Shown in pieces: positions 55,069 through 63,691 of a stretch of DNA of 64,000 nt; within the stretch, counting starts at the first letter, position 1; every line of letters starts with the position of its first letter. A program made the translations under genes and the position numbers. The notes beneath the pieces were generated by a model that did no database searches, had not been told where the DNA came from, and saw nothing but the letters and a program-made list of their open reading frames with translations. Source of the stretch: Eledone cirrhosa (taxonomy: Eukaryota); NCBI GenBank assembly GCA_964016885.1, contig OZ024760.1, positions 3,100,001 to 3,164,000 on the forward strand, read 5' to 3'.

Positions 55069-58000
55069 ATGTGCGCATACTAACATATATATATATATGT
55101 ATATACATATATATATGTGTTCATACACACACACTATATATGTTTTATTTTGTTTTCCTGCAGAAAATAGAGGAAATTTTTTCGAAAATTATAATCCGTG
55201 AGTATATGCTTTGTTTGCTATCACTATGATTCCTATATATATCCCTATGACCCCAATAGTTTTCCTAAAACTCCTATAGAGTTCCTATGGTCCTTCTATA
55301 TATCCATGTAACTCCTATAGATTTCCCTACAGCCCCTGTAGTTTCACTCTGACTCCTATAGTTGTTCCTATGATCCCTATTGTTTCTTTGTGGTCCCTAT
55401 AATTGTCCCTATTCCCCTATAATATCTCTGTGATCCCTATAGTTTCCCTATCACCCCTATAGTATTTCTCTGAACCCTATTGTTTCCCTATCAACTCTAT
55501 AGTTATCCACGTAACTGCCATGATTTTCCTATGACCCCTAATTTTTATTACTTTTCTTATTACGAATCCTTGCTTTTTTATAAATCCTGAAGGACTTTCC
55601 TAATTGTTATTCCTTCTTCTCTTAATCTTATAAATCCTTGTTTTTATTTGTTGGGGGGTGTTCCAATAAACCCTATTTCTGTCATGTGAAACCATGTGGC
55701 CCAATAGTTAAGGTGTTAGCTTTATGATCCTGTCTTCGATTCCTAGCAGCACATTGTGTCCTTGAGCAACACACTTTACTTCATGGTGCTCCAGTCTACT
55801 CAGCTGGTAAAAATGCATTATACCAGTAATTTCAAAGGGGGTTGTAGCTAGCTTTGTCATACACTCTGCTTCGTTGGTTCTCCCTGGCAACTATGTTGAT
55901 GGTACACAGGTCTGTGGAATGGTTAGTCACTTGTACATCAATGTCACAAGTAGGCTGGAACAGTCTTTGTTGGAACCAGCAGAGGTCCAGCGAATTGTGG
56001 GCATGTGCAACTTTTATCCCACACGTCAAATTGTAAATCCTATTAAATCCACATGAACTATTCTGCTTTATAAACACATTTCTCACAGTACTTTATAAAC
56101 ACACATCTCACAGTACTTTATAAACACACATATCACAGTACTTTATAAACACACATATCACAGTACTTTATAAACATATATCTCACAGTACTTTATAAAC
56201 ATACATCTCACAGTACTTTATAAACATATATCTCACAGTACTTTATAAACATATCTCACACTGCTTCACATGAACTATACTACTTTATAAACACACATCT
56301 CACAATACTTTATAAACACACATCTCACAGTACTTTATAAACACACATCTCACAGTACTTTATAAACAAATATCTCACAGTACTTTATAAACATATCTCA
56401 CACTACTTCACATGAATTATACTACTTTATAAACACACATCTCACAATACTTTATAAACACACATCTCACAGTACTTTATAAACATCTCACACTGCTTCA
56501 CATAAACTATACTCCTTTTATAAACACACATCTCACAGTACTTTATAAACACACATCTCACAGTACTTTATAAACACACATCTCACAGTACTTTATAAAC
56601 ACATACCTCATAATACTTTATAAACACATATCTTACAGTACTTTATAAACACATACCTCATAATACTTTATAAACACATATCTTACAGTACTTTATAAAC
56701 ACATATCTCACACTGCTTCACATGAACTATTACTACTTTATAAACATATCTCACAGTACTATATAAACACTATATGAACTATACTGCTTTATATTTTTAG
56801 GGTAAAGTCTTTTGAAGACAACATAGATAAAGCTGTCACATGGATTAAAAATGGTGTGAGATTTGTTAGCCTTTATTTTGAACAACCAGACGAATCTGGC
56901 CACAGACGTGGACCATTTTCAGCAAAGGTTTGTTGAAGGTTTTGTCACTTTCATCATGAGCGTTTAACTCTTTCTTGATCATATTCCTAAAGAAATACTC
57001 TATTTTATTTAATTAACCCTTTAGCATTTACATTACTCTATATATACTATTGTATTTTCATGGTAAAGGCTTTATCTCAGATAATTATCTCGCATAATAT
57101 GAAAGCTAAGAAATTTTGATATTATTTTTTTTTAGAAAAATACTTTAACATAAGTATTAGCAGCCAGTTATGGCTGGTTTGAATAGGAAGTGGTGAGAGA
57201 ATTCTGGCCGGATAAAACTGGTTTAAATGCAAAAGGGTTAAAGAAGAATTTAGAAGGGATTTACTAAAATGTTTAATTATTTCATTATAAAGAGAGTATT
57301 CGTAGTAGTTTTTCACACATCCATGGATGCAAAACCTTGGACACTTTCTCAGTGTTATGTCCTGGAGTCACAGTTAGAAGGATTTACTAAATTATTTCAT
57401 TATTAAAATAGTATTTTTAGTATAACTTAAGTTTATCATATCAAATCATGTTTAAAGGTTTTTATTTATCGACATAGGAACGGTTTTAAATGGGTGGTTT
57501 TGTTTTTTACACATGTGTGTATATACATATACATAATATACATAAACACATACACACACACATATATATATATATATACGGTGTGTAGGAAAGGCGTAGG
57601 TAGAAACTCCATTTTATGTCCTAAATGCAAAGTATGGGTGCATAAAAGATGTAGTGGGATCACAGGTAAGCTAACTAAGAACATAGATTTTACATGTGGC
57701 CGGTGTTCTGGTGCAATAAGTAGCAGCAAGTGCCCACAAAATACTAGCTCTTTCAATTGCGCAGAGGGTTCTATAGAGGGTTCTTCCGTTACCTGGGCGA
57801 TAAAATCAGCAGTGGGGGAGGGTGCTCTGAAAGTACTGTAGCTAGAGTCAGAACTGGTTGGAAAAAGTTCAGAGAGCTTATACCACTATTAGCTGCTAAA
57901 GGGTTCTCCCTAAAAATGAAAGGCAGGTTGTACGATGCCTGCATACGAACAGCAATGTTGCATGGCAGTGAGACCTGGGCATTGTGTGCAGAGGATATAT

Positions 58001-58717
58001 GCAGACTAGAGAGGAACGAAGCTTGCATGCTCCGCTGGATGTGTAACAGTAATATACGTGAACGGCAAAGCATAAACGAACTAAGGAAAAAATTAGAGAT
58101 AAGAGGGATCAGATGTTGTTTACTCGAGAGAAGGCTACGTTGGTATGGACATGTGATGCGCATGAAAGTCGATAGCTGTATAACAAAGTGCAGGGCAATA
58201 AAGATAGACGGTAGCCACGGAATAGGCAGACCTAGAAAAACCTGGGACGAGCTGATAAACTCCGACCTCACACACTTACACCTCTCCAAGACAATGTCAC
58301 TGGACCGAGACCTTTGGCGGTACTCAGTAACAGAGAAGACCCGCCTTGCCAGTAGGCATCTCTAACAAAATACACCCCGTCCCGCCACCACCACCACCCC
58401 ATCCACACCACCTCGTTCTATGTAAAGTTATGTTGGTGCCGCGCCATCCAGGCCGAAACAAATGAGATTGTGTAGGTGTCACGACAAGAAAACACACAGT
58501 CCACGCTGTAATGTGGCCGTGTAGGCAACACGGTAAAAACCTCCCAGACCCACACTGTAAATGTGGTTGGTGTTAGGAAGGGCATCCAACTGTAGAAAAC
58601 CTGCCAGACAGTCCTATGCGAGCAAGACAATCACTCTTGCCTCAAGTGGGACTACCCCCATCCAAACCCATGCAAGCGTGGAACACGGACGTTAAACGTT
58701 GATGATGATGATGATGA

Positions 58718-58760
<43 letters not shown>

Positions 58761-59166
58761 TCGTAAAATAATGAACTTTTTTTTTTAATATAAGGAACTG
58801 TTTCTTTGTTTTATTCATTATTTTTTTAATATTTTATATATATATATATATATATGGAGGCACATGGCTTAGTGGTTAGAGCATTGGCCTTGCAATCGAA
58901 AGGTTGTGAGTTTAATTCTCAGACCGGGTGATGTGTTGTTTCCTTGAGCAAGACACTTTATTTCACATTGCTCCAGTTTACTCAGCTGTAGAAATGAGAT
59001 GCAAAGTGGTCGTGGAGGTGCCACGGCAAAAAAGCACCCAGCACTCACTGTAAATGAGGTTGGTGTTAGGAAGGGCATCCAGCTGTAGAAATCAAGCCAG
59101 CATCAGTTCCCGTCCCACCCTTGCAAGCAGGGAAAAGGCGGACGTAAAATGAAATGATGATGATGA

Positions 59167-59211
<45 letters not shown>

Positions 59212-60550
59212 AAAATTGAATGGGAACAAAACAGAGAGACAGTACGAACAAAGGTTTATTATATATATATATATATAAAAGATGAGATAAGATAAGGGCT
59301 TCATGATGATTTCTCTGGAATGAAACAGTTCTAGTCCTGTAGAAGCCTTTTCTATATCAAATATATATATATATATACATACATACACACACACACACTT
59401 ATATATATATATATTAGATATTAGTTTAACAATGATAATAATAACAAGGGCAAGTTATTTTATATATTCATTTTATTGTTTTATGATCGTTTCGGAGAGT
59501 TGATCATATTGATATATTGACTGATCTATAACACATCTAGACCACAATGTATATATATATATATATATACTAGCTCTTTCAACTGCGCAGAGGGTTCTAT
59601 AGAAATAGTGGACAGCTTCCGTTACCTGGGTGACAAAATCAGCAGTGGGGGAGGGTGCTCTGAAAGTACAGTAGCTAGAGTCAGAACTGGATAGAAAAAG
59701 TTCAGAGAGCTTATACCACTATTAGCCGCTAAAGGGTTCTCCCTAAAAATGAAAGGCAGGTTGTATGATGCCTGCATACGAACAGCAATGTTGCATGGCA
59801 GTGAGACCTGGGCATTGTGTGCAGAGGATATACGCAGACTAGAGAGGAACGAAGCTTGCATGCTCCGCTGGATGTGTAACAGTAATATACGTGAACGGCA
59901 AAGCATAAACGAACTAAGGAAAAAATTAGAGATAAGAGGGATCAGATGTTGTTTACTCGAGAGAAGGCTACGTTGGTATGGACACGTGATGCGCATGAAA
60001 GTCGATAGCTGTATAACAAAGTGCAGGGCAATAACGATAGACGGTAGCCACGGAATAGGCAGACCTAGAAAAACCTGGGACGAGCTGATAAACTCCGACC
60101 TCACACACTTACACCTCTCCAAGACAATGTCACTGGACCGAGACCTTTGGCGGTACTCAGTAACAGAGAAAACCCGCCTTGCCAGTAGGCATCTCTAACA
60201 AATAACACCCCGTCCCGCCACCACCCCCACCCCATCCACACCACCCCGTTCTATGTAAAGTTATGTTGGTGCCGCGCCATCCAGGCCGAAACAAATGAGA
60301 TCGTGTAGGTGTCACGACAAAAAAACACACAGTCCACGCTGTAATGTGGCCGTGTAGGCAACACGGTAAAAACCTCCCAGACCCACACTGTAAATGTGGT
60401 TGGTGTTAGGAAGGGCATCCAACTGTAGAAAACCTGCCAGACAGCCCTATGCGAGCAAGACAATCACTCTTGCCTCAAGTGGGACTACCCCCGTCCAAAC
60501 CCATGCAAGCGTGGAACACGGACGTTAAACGTTGATGATGATGATGATGA

Positions 60551-60584
<34 letters not shown>

Positions 60585-61805
60585 TATATTTATCGATTTT
60601 AAATCGTATGGTTGATTGTAGACTTGTTCTATATGTGACGGTATTTTAACGATAGTTATAGCTCTGATTCATCTGAATTATTGAGCCCTCTGCCGCTCAT
60701 ATCGAATTTCGTTTTTCGTTAACTCGTGCGCCGATTTTTCGATACTCGATCTTTCTAATATATTTAGCTCTGGACTTAGCTATCCACCAGTTAATTTTAT
60801 TGCTCATATTTTGTCGATTCTATTGAGTGATGAATAGCTTTTGTTTTATTTTAACATGTCTATTGAGCACTCTAATTCGATATGTGTATTTCCACATTCA
60901 CTCGAATTATTTTCGCGGATATAGGGGTCATCTCCCTTGTCTAATGCCATGTGCGTTTTTCACCGCTAGTTGACTCCTTTGCCGCCAGGATAAAACTCGT
61001 TGACAACGTAAACTCCGTTCCACTTATTCTAGTAGGCTTTTATATTTATATGTGAGCTGATAGAGTACTGTCTAAGGATTTACAGAAACCCATGAAGCTA
61101 GATTTAACACCTTTCTAGTGGGTCCGGGTATGATTTTACATTCATTTAAATTATTGACGTATTGTTTTATTGATATTTTTTATCTGTTTGGCCCGAATCT
61201 TCCTTTATCGATTTTAAATCGTATGGTTGATTGTAGACTTGTTCTATATGTGACGGTATTTTAACGATAGTTATAGCTCTGATTCATCTGAATTATTGAG
61301 CCCTCTGCCGCTCATATCGAATTTCGTTTTTCGTTAACTCGTGCGCCGATTTTTCGATACTCGATCTTTCTAATATATATATATATATATATAGATCGTA
61401 AAATAATGAACTTTTTTTTTTTAATATAAGGAACTGTTTCTTTGTTTTATTCATTATTTTTTTAATATTTTATATATATATATATATATATGGAGGCACA
61501 TGGCTTAGTGGTTAGAGCATTGGCCTTGCAATCGAAAGGTTGTGAGTTTAATTCTCAGACCGGGTGATGTGTTGTTTCCTTGAGCAAGACACTTTATTTC
61601 ACATTGCTCCAGTTTACTCAGCTGTAGAAATGAGATGCAAAGTGGTCGTGGAGGTGCCACGGCAAAAAAGCACCCAGCACTCACTGTAAATGAGGTTGGT
61701 GTTAGGAAGGGCATCCAGCTGTAGAAATCAAGCCAGCATCAGTTCCCGTCTCACCCTTGCAAGCAGGGAAAAGGCGGACGTAAAATGAAATGATGATGAT
61801 GATGA

Positions 61806-61850
<45 letters not shown>

Positions 61851-62420
61851 AAGGCGTGTGGCTGAGTGGTTAGAGTATTGGATTCACAATCGTGAGGTTG
61901 TGAGTTCGATTCCTGAACCAGGCGATGCGTTATGTCCTTGAGCAAGACACTTTATTTCACGTTGCTCCTTCTACCTGGAGTTGCGACCGATAGATAGTAT
62001 TAGCAATTGGAAAGACCAACGGAAACATAGTTTCCTCGGTCCGATTTGACGAAAGTCGATCGACTAGAATATATATATATAGTGAAAAATTGAACGGGAA
62101 CAAAACAGAGAGACAGTACGAACAAAGGTTTATTATATATATATATAAAAGATGAGATAAGATAAGGGCTTCATGATGATTTCTCTGGAATGAAACAGTT
62201 CTAGTCCTGTAGAAGCCTTTTCTATATCAAATATATATATATATATATATACATACATACACACACACACACTTATATATATATATATTAGATATTAGTT
62301 TAACAATGATAATAATAACAAGGACAAGTTATTTTATATATTCATTTTATTGTTTTATGATCGTTTCGGAGAGTTGATCATATTGATATATTGACTGATC
62401 TATAACACATCTAGACCACA

Positions 62421-62482
<62 letters not shown>

Positions 62483-63491
62483 TAGCTCTTTCAACTGCGC
62501 AGAGGGTTCTATAGAAATAGTGGACAGCTTCCGTTACCTGGGTGACAAAATCAGCAGTGGGGGAGGGTGCTCTGAAAGTACAGTAGCTAGAGTCAGAACT
62601 GGTTGGAAAATGTTCAGAGAGCTTATACCACTATTAGCCGCTAAAGGGTTCTCCCTAAGAATGAAAGGCAGGTTGTATGATGCCTGCATACGAACAGCAA
62701 TGTTGCATGGCAGTGAGACCTGGGCATTGTGTGCAGAGGATATACGCAGACTAGAGAGGAACGAAGCTTGCATGCTCCGCTGGATGTGTAATAGTAATAT
62801 ACGCGAACGGCAAAACATAAATGAACTAAGGAAAAAATTAGAAATAAGAGGGATCAGATGTTGTTTACTCGAGAGAAGGCTACGTTGGTATGGTCATGTG
62901 ATGCGCATGAAAGACGACAGCTGTATAGCAAAGTGCAGGGCAATAAAGATAGACGGTAGCCACGGAGTAGGCAGACCCAGAAAAACCTGGGACGAGCTGA
63001 TAAATTCCGACCTCACACACTTACACCTCTCCAAGACAATGTCACTGGACCGAGACCTTTGGCGGTACTCAGTAATAGAGAAGACCTGCCTTACCTAAAT
63101 ACAAAGTAAAACCTACTACAGTCAGTAGGCATCTCTAACAAAATACACCCCCGTCCCACCACCCACACCCCCATCCACACCGCCCCTTTCAATGTAAAGT
63201 TATGTTGGTGCCACAACATCCAGGCCGAAACAAATGAGATCGTGTAGGTGTCACGACAAAAAAACACACAGTCCACGCTGTAATGTGACCATGTAGGCAA
63301 CACGGTAAAAACCTCCCAGTCCCACACTGTAAATGTGGTTGGTGTTAGGAAGGGCATCCAACTGTAGAAAACCCGCCAGACACTCCTATGCGAGCAAGAC
63401 AACCACTCTTGCCTCAAGTGGGAAAACTCCCGTCCAAACCCATGCAAGCGTGGAACATGGACGTTAAACGATGATGATGATGATGATGATG

Positions 63492-63530
<39 letters not shown>

Positions 63531-63632
63531 GTAAACAGAAATAACAAAGCAAACAACATTGAAGAAATATATTTAGACATGATTCGGAGATGGCTCGCCA
63601 ATTCAGTGTTGTTATTGCAGTAAACCAAACCC

Positions 63633-63691
<59 letters not shown>

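Noticed and set aside
45695-63098. RT-like ORFs as functional genes
   Set aside because: 5'-truncated LINE pieces lacking endonuclease and the catalytic RT core; two carry a frameshift or stop.
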